Made by a program: the position numbers and the translations under genes | Origin: Eledone cirrhosa | Lineage: Eukaryota | Direction: 5' to 3' | Assembly (NCBI GenBank): GCA_964016885.1 | Contig: OZ024740.1 | Coordinates: 398,288,001 to 398,352,000, forward strand | DNA: 64,000 nt | The notes under the pieces: generated by a model | Seen by the model: the letters and a program-made list of their open reading frames with translations, nothing else | Database searches by the model: none | What the model was told of the DNA's origin: nothing | In this document: positions 14,701 to 29,000 of the stretch, piece after piece | How the letters are laid out: each line of letters opens with the position of its first letter | Numbering within the stretch: the stretch's first letter is position 1

Positions 14701-17700
14701 ATCACTCAGACTGTCATATTGTATCATTCAGACTGTCATGTTGTATCACTCAGGCTGTCATATTGTATCACTCAGACTGTCGTATAGTATCACTCAGACT
14801 GTCATATTGTATCATTCAGACTGTCATATAGTATCACTCAGACTGTCATATTGTATCATTCAGACTGTCATATTGTATCACTCAGACTGTCATATTGTAT
14901 CACTCAGACTGTCATATAGTATCACTCAGACTGTCATATTGTATCATTCAGACTGTCATATTGGATCACTCAGACTGTCATATTGTATCACTCAGACTGT
15001 CATATTGTATCATTCAGACTATCGTATAGTATCACTCAGACTGTCATATAGTATCTCTCAGACTGTCATATTGTATCATTCAGACTGTCATATAGTATCG
15101 CTCAGACTGTCATATTGTATCACTCAGACTGTCATATTGTATCACTCAGACTGTCATATTGTGTCATTCAGACTATCGTATAGTATCACTCAGACTGTCA
15201 TATAGTATCTCTCAGACTGTCATATTGTATCATTCAGACTGTCATATTGTATCACTCAGACCATCGTACTGTATCACTCAGATTGTCATATTGTATAATT
15301 CAGACTGTCATATTGTATCATTCAGACTGTCATATAGTATCACTCAGACTGTCATATAGTATCATTCAGACTGTCATATTGTATCACTCAGACTGTCATA
15401 TTGTATCACTCAGACTGTCATATTGTATCACTCAGACTGTCATATAGTATCACTCAGACTGTCATATAGCATCACTCACAATGTCATATTGTATCATTCA
15501 GACTGTCATATAGTATCACTCAGACTGTCATATTGTATCATTCAGACTGTCATATTGTATTACTCAGACTGTCATATTGTATCACTCAGACTGTCATATT
15601 GTATCACTCAAACTGTCATATTGTATCACCCAGACTGTCATATTGTATCACTCAGACTGTCATATAGTATCACTCAGACTGTCATATTGTATCACCCAGG
15701 CTGTCATATAGTATCACTCAGACTGTCATATTGTATCACTCAGACTATCGTATAGTATCACTCAGACTGTCATATAGTATCACTCAGTCTGTCATATAGT
15801 ATCACTCAGACTGTCATATTATATCACTCAGACTGTCATATAGTATCTCTCAGACTGTCATATTGTATCATTCAGACTGTCATATTGTATCACTCAGACT
15901 GTCATATTGTATCGCCCAGACTGTCATATTGTATCACTAAGACTGTCATATAGTATCACTCAGACTGTCATATAGTATCACTCAGACTGTCATATTGTAT
16001 CACTCAGACTGTCGTATAGTATCACTCAGACTGTCATATAGTATCGCTCAGACTGTCATATAGTATCACTCAGACTGTCATATTGTATCACTCAGACTGT
16101 CATATAGTATCTCTCAGACTGTCATATAGTATCACTCAGACTGTCATATAGTATCACTCAGACTGTCATATTGTATCATTCAGACTGTCATATTGTATCA
16201 CTCAGACTGTCATATTGTATCACTCAGACTGTCATATTGTATCATTCAAACTGTCATATAGTATCACTCAGACTGTCATATAGTATCACTCAGACTGTCA
16301 TATAGTATCACTCAGACTGTCATATAGTATCACTCAGACTGTCATATTGTATCATTCAGACTGTCATATTGTATCACTCAGGCTGTCATATTGTATCACT
16401 CAGACTGTCGTATAGTATCACTCAGACTGTCATATTGTATCATTCAGACTGTCATATTGTATCACTCAGACTGTCATATTGTATCACTCAGACTGTCATA
16501 TAGTATCACTCAGACTGTCATATTGTATCATTCAGACTGTCATATTGGATCACTCAGACTGTCATATTGTATCACTCAGACTGTCATATTGTATCATTCA
16601 GACTATCGTATAGTATCACTCAGACTGTCATATAGTATCTCTCAGACTGTCATATTGTATCATTCAGACTGTCATATAGTATCGCTCAGACTGTCATATT
16701 GTATCACTCAGACTGTCATATTGTATCACTCAGACTGTCATATTGTGTCATTCAGACTATCGTATAGTATCACTCAGACTGTCATATAGTATCTCTCAGA
16801 CTGTCATATTGTATCATTCAGACTGTCATATTGTATCACTCAGACCATCGTACTGTATCACTCAGATTGTCATATTGTATAATTCAGACTGTCATATTGT
16901 ATCATTCAGACTGTCATATAGTATCACTCAGACTGTCATATAGTATCATTCAGACTGTCATATTGTATCACTCAGACTGTCATATTGTATCACTCAGACT
17001 GTCATATTGTATCACTCAGACTGTCATATAGTATCACTCAGACTGTCATATAGCATCACTCAGAATGTCATATTGTATCATTCAGACTGTCATATAGTAT
17101 CACTCAGACTGTCATATAGTATCACTCAGACTGTCATATTGTATCACTCAGACTGTCATATTGTATCACTCAGACTGTCATATAGTATCACTCAGACTGT
17201 CATATTGTATCACTCAGACTGTCATATTGTATCACTCAGACTGTCATATAGTATCACTCAGACTGTCATATTGTATCATTCAGACTGTCATATTGTATCA
17301 CTCAGACTGTCATATAGTATCACTCAGACTGTCATATAGTATCACTCAGACTGTCATAGAGTATCATTCAGACTGTCATATTGTATCACTCAGACTGTCG
17401 TATAGTATCACTCAGACTATCGTATTGTATCACTCAGACTGTCATATAGTATCACTCAGACTGTCATATTGTATCACTCAGACTGTCATATAGTATCACT
17501 CAGACTGTCATATTGTATCACTCAGACTGTCATATAGTATCACTCAGACTGTCATATTGTATCATTCAGATTGTCATACTGTATCACTCAGATTGTCATA
17601 TAGTATCACTCAGACGGTCATATTGTATCATTCAGACTGTCATATAGTATAACTCAGACTGTCATATAGTATCATTCAGACTGTCATATTGTATCACTCA

Positions 17701-19640
17701 GACTGTCGTATAGTATCACTCAGACTATCGTATTGTATCACTCAGACTGTCATATAGTATCACTCAGACTGTCATATTGTATCACTCAGACTGTCATATA
17801 GTATCACTCAGACTGTCATATTGTATCACTCAGACTGTCATATAGTATCACTCAGACTGTCATATTGTATCATTCAAATTGTCATACTGTATCACTCAGA
17901 CTGTCATATAGTATCACGCAGACGGTCATATTGTATCATTCAGACTGTCATATAGTATCACTCAGACAGTCATATAGTATAACTCAGACTGTCATATTGT
18001 ATCATTCAGACTGTCATATTGTATCACTCAGACGGTCATATAGTATCACTCAGACGGTCATATTGTATCACTCAGACTGTCATATTGTATCACCCAGACT
18101 GTCATATTGTATCACTCAGACTGTCATATTGTATCACTCAGACTATCGTATAGTATCACTCAGACTGTCATATAGTATCGCTCAGACTGTCATATAGTAT
18201 CACTCAGACTGTCATATTGTATCACTCAGACTGTCATATAGTATCTCTCAGACTGTCATATAGTATCACTCAGACTGTCATATAGTATCACTCAGACTGT
18301 CATATTGTATCATTCAGACTGTCATATTGTATCACTCAGACTGTCATATTGTATCACTCAGACTGTCATATTGTATCATTCAAACTGTCATATAGTATCA
18401 CTCAGACTGTCATATAGTATCACTCAGACTGTCATATAGTATCACTCAGACTGTCATATAGTATCACTCAGACTGTCATATTGTATCATTCAGACTGTCA
18501 TGTTGTATCACTCAGACTGTCATATAGTATCACTCAGACTGTCATATTGTATCATTCAGACTGTCATATTGGATCACTCAGACTGTCATATTGTATCACT
18601 CAGACTGTCATATTGTATCATTCAGACTATCGTATAGTATCACTCAGACTGTCATATAGTATCTCTCAGACTGTCATATTGTATCATTCAGACTGTCATA
18701 TAGTATCGCTCAGACTGTCATATTGTATCACTCAGACTGTCATATTGTATCACTCAGACTGTCATATTGTGTCATTCAGACTATCGTATAGTATCACTCA
18801 GACTGTCATATAGTATCTCTCAGACTGTCATATTGTATCATTCAGACTGTCATATTGTATCACTCAGACCATCGTACTGTATCACTCAGATTGTCATATT
18901 GTATAATTCAGACTGTCATATTGTATCATTCAGACTGTCATATAGTATCACTCAGACTGTCATATAGTATCATTCAGACTGTCATATTGTATCACTCAGA
19001 CTGTCATATTGTATCACTCAGACTGTCATATTGTATCACTCAGACTGTCATATAGTATCACTCAGACTGTCATATAGCATCACTCACAATGTCATATTGT
19101 ATCATTCAGACTGTCATATAGTATCACTCAGACTGTCATATTGTATCATTCAGACTGTCATATTGTATTACTCAGACTGTCATATTGTATCACTCAGACT
19201 GTCATATTGTATCACTCAAACTGTCATATTGTATCACCCAGACTGTCATATTGTATCACTCAGACTGTCATATAGTATCACTCAGACTGTCATATTGTAT
19301 CACCCAGGCTGTCATATAGTATCACTCAGACTGTCATATTGTATCACTCAGACTATCGTATAGTATCACTCAGACTGTCATATAGTATCACTCAGTCTGT
19401 CATATAGTATCACTCAGACTGTCATATTATATCACTCAGACTGTCATATAGTATCTCTCAGACTGTCATATTGTATCATTCAGACTGTCATATTGTATCA
19501 CTCAGACTGTCATATTGTATCGCCCAGACTGTCATATTGTATCACTAAGACTGTCATATAGTATCACTCAGACTGTCATATAGTATCACTCAGACTGTCA
19601 TATTGTATCACTCAGACTGTCGTATAGTATCACTCAGACT
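8780..19640. repeat. ~3.5-3.8-kb higher-order repeat, about 3 copies: 3762 bp (171 monomers), 3476 bp (158) and 3608 bp (164)
   Basis: Offsets 9153/12915 = 3762; 11262/14738 and 12915/16391 = 3476; 15423/19031 = 3608. GGATC spacings 2178, 1584, 1892, 1584, 2024 sum to the same periods. Confidence 0.9.
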
Positions 19641-20099
19641 GTCATATAGGATCACTCAGACTGTCATATAGTATCACTCAGACTGTCATATAGAATCACT
19701 CAGACTGTCGTATTGTATCACCCAGACTGTCATATTGTATAACTCAGACTGTCATATTGTATCACTCAGACTGTCGTATAGCATCACTCAGACTGTCATA
19801 AAGTATCACTCAGACTGTCATATAGTATCACTCAGACTGTCATATAGTATCACTCAGACTGTCATATAGTATCACTCAGACTGTCATATTGTATCACCCA
19901 GACTGTCATATAGTATCACTCAGACTGTCTTATTGTATCACTCAGACTGTCATATTGTATCACTCAGACTGTCATATTGTATCACCCAGACTGTCATATA
20001 GTATCACTCAGACTGTCATATTGTATCACTCAGACTATCGTATAGTATCACTCAGACTGTCATATAGTATCACTCAGACTGTCATATAGTATCACTCAG

Positions 20100-23000
20100 A
20101 CTGTCATATTGTATCACTCAGACTGTCATATTGTATCACCCAGACTGTTATATTGTATCACTCAGACTGTCATATTGTATCACTCAGACTGTCGTATAGT
20201 ATCACTCAGACTGTCATATAGTATCACTCAGACTGTCATATAGTATCACTCAGACTGTCGTATTGTATCACCCACACTGTCATATAGTATCACTCAGACT
20301 GTCATATAGTATCACTCAGACTGTCATATAGTACCACTCAGACTGTCATATTGTATCACTCAGACTGTCGTATAGTATCACTCAGACTGTCATATAGTGT
20401 CACTCAGACTGTCATATAGTATCACTCAAACTGTCATATAGTATCACTCAGACTGTCATATAGTATCACTCAGACTGTCGTATTGTATCACCCAGACTGT
20501 CATATTGTATCACTCAGACTGTCATATTGTATCACTCAGACTGCCGTATAGTATCACTCAGACTGTCATATAGTATCACTCAGACTGTCATATAGTATCA
20601 CTCAGACTGTCATATAGTATCACTCAGACTGTCATATAGTATCACTCAGACTGTCGTATTGTATCACCCAGACTGTCATATTGTATCACTGTCGTATAGT
20701 ATCACTCAGACTGTCATATTGTATCACTCAGACTGTCATATTGTATCACTCAGACTGTCATATTGTATCAATCAGACTGTCATATACTATCACTCAGACT
20801 GTCATATAGTATCACTCAGACTGTCATATAGTATCACTCAGACTGTCATATAGTATCACTCAGACTGTCATATTGTATCAGTCAGACTGTCATATTGTAT
20901 CTCTCAGACTGTCATATTGTATCATTCAGACTGTCATATTGTATCACTCAGACTGTCATATAGTATCACTCAGACTGTCATATAGTATCATTCAGACTGT
21001 CATATAATATCACTCAGACTGTCATATAGTATCATTCAGACTGTCATATTGTATCACTCAGACTGTCATATAGTATCACTCAGACTGTCATATTGTATCA
21101 CTCCGACTGTCATGTAGTATCTCTCAGACTGTCATATAGTATCACACAGACTGTCATATAGTATCACTCAGACTGTCATATTGTATCACTGAGACGGTCA
21201 TATTGTATCACTCAGACTGTCATATAGTATCACTCAGACTGTCATATTGTATCACTCAGACTGTCATATAGTATCACTCATACTGTCATATTGTATCTCT
21301 CAGACTGTCATAAAGTATCACTCAGACTATCATATTGTATCACTCAGATTGTCATATAGTATCATTCAGACTGTCATATTGTATCACTCAGACTCAAATA
21401 TAGTATCATTCAGACTGTCATTGTGTATCACTCAGACTGTCATATGGTATCTCTCAGACTGTCATATAGTATCATTCAGACTGTCATATTGTATCACTCA
21501 GACTGTCATATAGTATCTCTCAGACTGTCGTATAGTATCACTCAGACTGTCATATAGTATCATTCAGACTGTCATATTGTATCACTCAGACTGTCAAATT
21601 GTATCATTCAGACTGTCATATAGTATCACTCAGACTGTCATGTAGTATCACTCAGACTGTCATATCGTATCACCCAGACTGTCATATTGTATCACTCAGA
21701 CTGTCATATAGTATCACTCAGACTGTCATATAGCATCACTCAGACTGTCATGTGGTATCACCCAGACTGTCATATTGTATCACTCAGACTGTCATATTGT
21801 ATCATTCAGACTGTCATATAACATCACTCAGACTGTCATATAGTATCACTCAGACTGTCCTATAGTATCACTCAGACTGTCATATTCTATCTTTCAGACT
21901 GTCATATAGTATCACTCAGACTGTCATATAGTATCACTCAGACTGTCATATAGTATCACTCAGACTGTCGTATTGTATCACTCAGACTGTCATATTGTAT
22001 CACTCGGACTGTCATATGGTATCACTCAGACTGTCTTATTGTATCACTCTGACTGTCATATTGTATCACTCAGACTGTCATATTGTATCACTCAGACTGT
22101 CATATTGTATCACCCAGACTGTCATATAGTATCACTCAGACTGTCATATTGTATCACTCAGACAAATCGTATAGTATCACTCAGACTGTCATATAGTATC
22201 ACTCAGACTGTCATATAGTATCACTCAGACTGTCATATTGTATCACTCAGACTGTCATATAGTATCTCTCAGACTGTCATATTGTATCATTCAGACTCTC
22301 ATATTGTATCACTCAGACTGTCATATTGTATCACCCAGACTGTTATATTGTATCACTCACACTGTCATATTGTATCACTCACACTGTCATATAGTATCAC
22401 TCAGACTGTCATATTGTATCACCCAGACTGTCATATTGTATCACTCAGACTGTCATATTGTATCACCCAGACTGTTATATTGTATCACTCACACTGTCAT
22501 ATTGTATCACTCACACTGTCATATAGTATCACTCAGACTGTCGTATTGTATCACCCAGACTGTCGTATAGTATCACTCAGACTGTCATATAGTATCACTC
22601 AGACTGTCATATAGTATCACTCAGACTGTCATATTGTATCACTCAGACTGTCATATAGTATCACTCAGACTGTCATATAGTATCACTCAGACTGTCATAT
22701 TGTATCATTCAGACTGTCATATAGTATCACTCAGACTGTCATATTGTATCTCTCAGACTGTCATAAAGTATCACTCAGACTGTCATATTGTATCACTCAG
22801 ACTGTCATATAGTATCATTCAGACTGTCATATTGTATCACTCAGACTCAAATATAGTATCATTCAGACTGTCATTTTGTATCACTCAGACTGTCATATGG
22901 TATCTCTCACACTGTCATATAGTATCATTCAGACTGTCATATTGTATCACTCAGACTGTCATATAGTATCTCTCAGACTGTCGTATAGTATCACTCAGAC

Positions 23001-26000
23001 TGTCATATTGTATCATTCAGACTGTCATATAGTATCACTCAGACTGTCATATCGTATCACCCAGACTGTCATATTGTATCACTCAGACTGTCATATAGTA
23101 TCACTCAGACTGTCATATAGCATCACTCAGACTGTCATATAGTATCACCCAGACTGTCATATTGTATCACTCAGACTGTCATATTGTATCATTCAGACTG
23201 TCATATAATATCACTCAGACTGTCATATAGTATCACTCAGACTGTCCTATAGTGTCACTCAGACTGTCATATTGTATCATTCAGACTGTCATATAGTATC
23301 ACGCAGACTGTCATATAGTATCACTCAGACTGTCATATAGTATCACTCAGACTGTCGTATTTTATCACTCAGACTGTCATATTGTATCACTCAGACTGTC
23401 ATATGGTATCACTCAGACTGTCATATTGTATCACTCAGACTGTCATATAGTATCACTCAGACTGTCATATTGTATCTCTCAGTCTTTCATATTGTATCAC
23501 ACAGACTGTCATATTGTATCACTCAGACTGTCATATTGTATCATTCAGACTGTCATATTGTATCATTCAGACTGTCATATTGTATCACTCAGACTGTCAT
23601 ATAGTATCACTCGGACTGTCATATAGTATCACTCAGACTGTCATATTGTATCATTCAGACTGTCATATTGTATCACTCAGACTGTCATATGGTATCACTC
23701 AGACTGTCATATTGTATCACTCAGACTGTCATATTGTATCATTCAGACTGTCATATAGTATCACTCAGACTGTCATATAGTATCACTCAGACTGTCATAT
23801 AGTATCACTCAGACTGTCATATAGTATCACTCAGACTGTCGTATTGTATCACTCAGACTGTCATATTGTATCACTCAGACTGTCATATGGTATCACTCAG
23901 ACTGTCATATTGTATCACTCAGACTGTCATATTGTATCACTCAGATTGTCATATTGTATCACTCAGACTGTCATATAGTATCACTCAGACTGTCATATAG
24001 TATCACTCAGACTGTCATATTGTATCATTCAGACTGTCATATTGTATCACTCAGCCTGTCATATGGTATCACTCAGACTGTCATATTGTATCACTCAGAC
24101 TGTCATATTGTATCATTCAGACTGTCATATAGTATCACTCAGACTGTCATATAGTATCACTCAGACTGTCATATAGTATCACTCAGACTGTCGTATTGTA
24201 TCACTCAGACTGTCATATTGTATCACTCGGACTGTCATATGGTATCACTCAGACTGTCTTATTGTATCACTCAGACTGTCATATTGTATCACTCAGACTG
24301 TCATATTGTATCACTCAGACCGTCATATTGTATCACCCAGACTGTCATATAGTATCACTCAGACTGTCATATTGTATCACTCAGACAAATCGTATAGTAT
24401 CACTCAGACTGTCATATAGTATCACTCAGACTGTCATATAGTATCACTCAGACTGTCATATTGTATCACTCAGACTGTCATATAGTATCTCTCAGACTGT
24501 CATATTGTATCATTCAGACTGTCATATTGTATCACTCAGACTGTCATATTGTATCACCCAGACTGTTATATTGTATCACTCACACTGTCATATTGTATCA
24601 CTCACACTGTCATATAGTATCACTCAGACTGTCGTATTGTATCACCCAGACTGTCGTATAGTATCACTCAGACTGTCATATAGTATCACTCAGACTGTCA
24701 TATTGTATCACTCAGACTGTCATATAGTATCTCTCAGACTGTCATATTGTATCATTCAGACTGTCATATAGTATCACTCAGACTGTCATATTGTATCTCT
24801 CAGACTGTCATATTGTATCATTCAGACTGTCATATTGTATCATTCAGACTGTCATATTGTATCACTCAGACTGTCATATAGTATCATTCAGACTGTCATA
24901 TTGTATCACTCAGACTCAAATATAGTATCATTCAGACTGTCATATTGTATCACTCAGACTGTCATATAGTATCTCTCAGACTGTCCTATAGTATCACTCA
25001 GACTGTCATATTGTATCATTCAGACTGTCATATAGTATCACTCAGACTGTCATATCGTATCACCCAGACTGTCATATTGTATCACTCAGACTGTCATATA
25101 GTATCACTCAGACTGTCATATAGCATCACTCAGACTGTCATATAGTATCACCCAGACTGTCATATTGTATCACTCAGACTGTCATATTGTATCATTCAGA
25201 CTGTCATATAATATCACTCAGACTGTCATATAGTATCACTCAGACTGTCCTATAGTGTCACTCAGAGTGTCATATTGTATCATTCAGACTGTCATATAGT
25301 ATCACTCAGACTGTCATATAGTATCACTCAGACTGTCATATAGTATCATTCAGACTGTCGTATTGTATCACTCAGACTGTCATATTGTATCACTCAGACT
25401 GTCATATGGTATCACTCAGACTGTCATATTGTATCACTCAGACTGTCATATAGTATCACTCAGACTGTCATATTGTATCGCTCAGTCTTTCATATTGTAT
25501 CACACAGACTGTCATATTGTATCACTCAGACTGTCATATTGTATCATTCAGACTGTCATATTGTATCATTCAGACTGTCATATTGTATCACTCAGACTGT
25601 CATATAGTATCACTCAGACTGTCATATAGTATCACTCAGACTGTCATATTGTATCATTCAGACTGTCATATTGTATCACTCAGACTGTCATATGGTATCA
25701 CTCAGACTGTCATATTGTATCACTCAGACTGTCATATTGTATCATTCAGACTGTCATATAGTATCACTCAGACTGTCATATAGTATCACTCAGACTGTCA
25801 TATAGTATCACTCAGACTGTCATATAGTATCACTCAGACTGTCGTATTGTATCACTCAGATTGTCATATTGTATCACTCAGACTGTCATATGGTATCACT
25901 CAGACTGTCATATTGTATCACTCAGACTGTCATATTGTATCACTCAGACTGTCATATAGTATCACTCAGACTGTCATATAGTATCACTCAGACTGTCATA

Positions 26001-29000
26001 TAGTATCACTCAGACTGTCATATAGTATCACTCAGACTGTCATATTGTATCATTCAGACTGTCATATTGTATCACTCAGCCTGTCATATGGTATCACTCA
26101 GACTGTCATATAGTATCACTCAGACTGTCATATTGTATCATTCAGACTGTCATATTGTATCACTCAGCCTGTCATATGGTATCACTCAGACTGTCATATT
26201 GTATCACTCAGACTGTCATATTGTATCATTCAGACTGTCATATAGTATCACTCAGACTGTCATATAGTATCACTCAGACTGTCATATAGTATCACTCAGA
26301 CTGTCATATTGTATCACCCAGGCTGTCATATAGTATCACTCAGACTGTCATATTGTATCACTCAGACTATCGTATAATATCACTCAGACTGTCATATAGT
26401 ATCACTCAGACTGTCATATAGTATCACTCAGACTGTCATATTGTAGCACTCAGACTATCATATAGTATCTCTCAGACTGTCATATTGTATCATTCAGACT
26501 GTTATATTGTATCACTCAGACTGTCATATTGTATCGGCCAGACTGTCATATTGTATCACTCAGACTGTCATATTGTACCACTCAGACTGTCGTATAGTAT
26601 CACTCAGACTGTCATATAGTATCAATCAGACTGTCGTATTGTATCACCCAGACTGTCATATAGTATCACTCAGACTGTCATATAGTGTCACTCAGACTGT
26701 CATATAGTATCACTCAGACTGTCATATTGTATCATTCAGACTGTCATATTGTATCACTCAGACTGTCATATGGTATCACTCAGACTGTCATATTGTATCA
26801 CTCAGACTGTCATATTGTATCATTCAGACTGTCATATAGTATCACTCAGACTGTCATATAGTATCACTCAGACTGTCATATAGTATCACTCAGACTGTCA
26901 TATAGTATCACTCAGACTGTCGTATTGTATCACTCAGACTGTCATATTGTATCACTCAGACTGTCATATGGTATCACTCAGACTGTCATATTGTATCACT
27001 CAGACTGTCATATTGTATCACTCAGATTGTCATATTGTATCACTCAGACTGTCATATAGTATCACTCAGACTGTCATATAGTATCACTCAGACTGTCATA
27101 TTGTATCATTCAGACTGTCATATTGTATCACTCAGCCTGTCATATGGTATCACTCAGACTGTCATATTGTATCACTCAGACTGTCATATTGTATCATTCA
27201 GACTGTCATATAGTATCACTCAGACTGTCATATAGTATCACTCAGACTGTCATATAGTATCACTCAGACTGTCGTATTGTATCACTCAGACTGTCATATT
27301 GTATCACTCGGACTGTCATATGGTATCACTCAGACTGTCTTATTGTATCACTCAGACTGTCATATTGTATCACTCAGACTGTCATATTGTATCACTCAGA
27401 CCGTCATATTGTATCACCCAGACTGTCATATAGTATCACTCAGACTGTCATATTGTATCACTCAGACAAATCGTATAGTATCACTCAGACTGTCATATAG
27501 TATCACTCAGACTGTCATATAGTATCACTCAGACTGTCATATTGTATCACTCAGACTGTCATATAGTATCTCTCAGACTGTCATATTGTATCATTCAGAC
27601 TGTCATATTGTATCACTCAGACTGTCATATTGTATCACCCAGACTGTTATATTGTATCACTCACACTGTCATATTGTATCACTCACACTGTCATATAGTA
27701 TCACTCAGACTGTCGTATTGTATCACCCAGACTGTCGTATAGTATCACTCAGACTGTCATATAGTATCACTCAGACTGTCATATTGTATCACTCAGACTG
27801 TCATATAGTATCTCTCAGACTGTCATATTGTATCATTCAGACTGTCATATAGTATCACTCAGACTGTCATATTGTATCTCTCAGACTGTCATATTGTATC
27901 ATTCAGACTGTCATATTGTATCATTCAGACTGTCATATTGTATCACTCAGACTGTCATATAGTATCATTCAGACTGTCATATTGTATCACTCAGACTCAA
28001 ATATAGTATCATTCAGACTGTCATATTGTATCACTCAGACTGTCATATAGTATCTCTCAGACTGTCCTATAGTATCACTCAGACTGTCATATTGTATCAT
28101 TCAGACTGTCATATAGTATCACTCAGACTGTCATATCGTATCACCCAGACTGTCATATTGTATCACTCAGACTGTCATATAGTATCACTCAGACTGTCAT
28201 ATAGCATCACTCAGACTGTCATATAGTATCACCCAGACTGTCATATTGTATCACTCAGACTGTCATATTGTATCATTCAGACTGTCATATAATATCACTC
28301 AGACTGTCATATAGTATCACTCAGACTGTCCTATAGTGTCACTCAGAGTGTCATATTGTATCATTCAGACTGTCATATAGTATCACTCAGACTGTCATAT
28401 AGTATCACTCAGACTGTCATATAGTATCATTCAGACTGTCGTATTGTATCACTCAGACTGTCATATTGTATCACTCAGACTGTCATATGGTATCACTCAG
28501 ACTGTCATATTGTATCACTCAGACTGTCATATAGTATCACTCAGACTGTCATATTGTATCGCTCAGTCTTTCATATTGTATCACACAGACTGTCATATTG
28601 TATCACTCAGACTGTCATATTGTATCATTCAGACTGTCATATTGTATCATTCAGACTGTCATATTGTATCACTCAGACTGTCATATAGTATCACTCAGAC
28701 TGTCATATAGTATCACTCAGACTGTCATATTGTATCATTCAGACTGTCATATTGTATCACTCAGACTGTCATATGGTATCACTCAGACTGTCATATTGTA
28801 TCACTCAGACTGTCATATTGTATCATTCAGACTGTCATATAGTATCACTCAGACTGTCATATAGTATCACTCAGACTGTCATATAGTATCACTCAGACTG
28901 TCATATAGTATCACTCAGACTGTCGTATTGTATCACTCAGATTGTCATATTGTATCACTCAGACTGTCATATGGTATCACTCAGACTGTCATATTGTATC

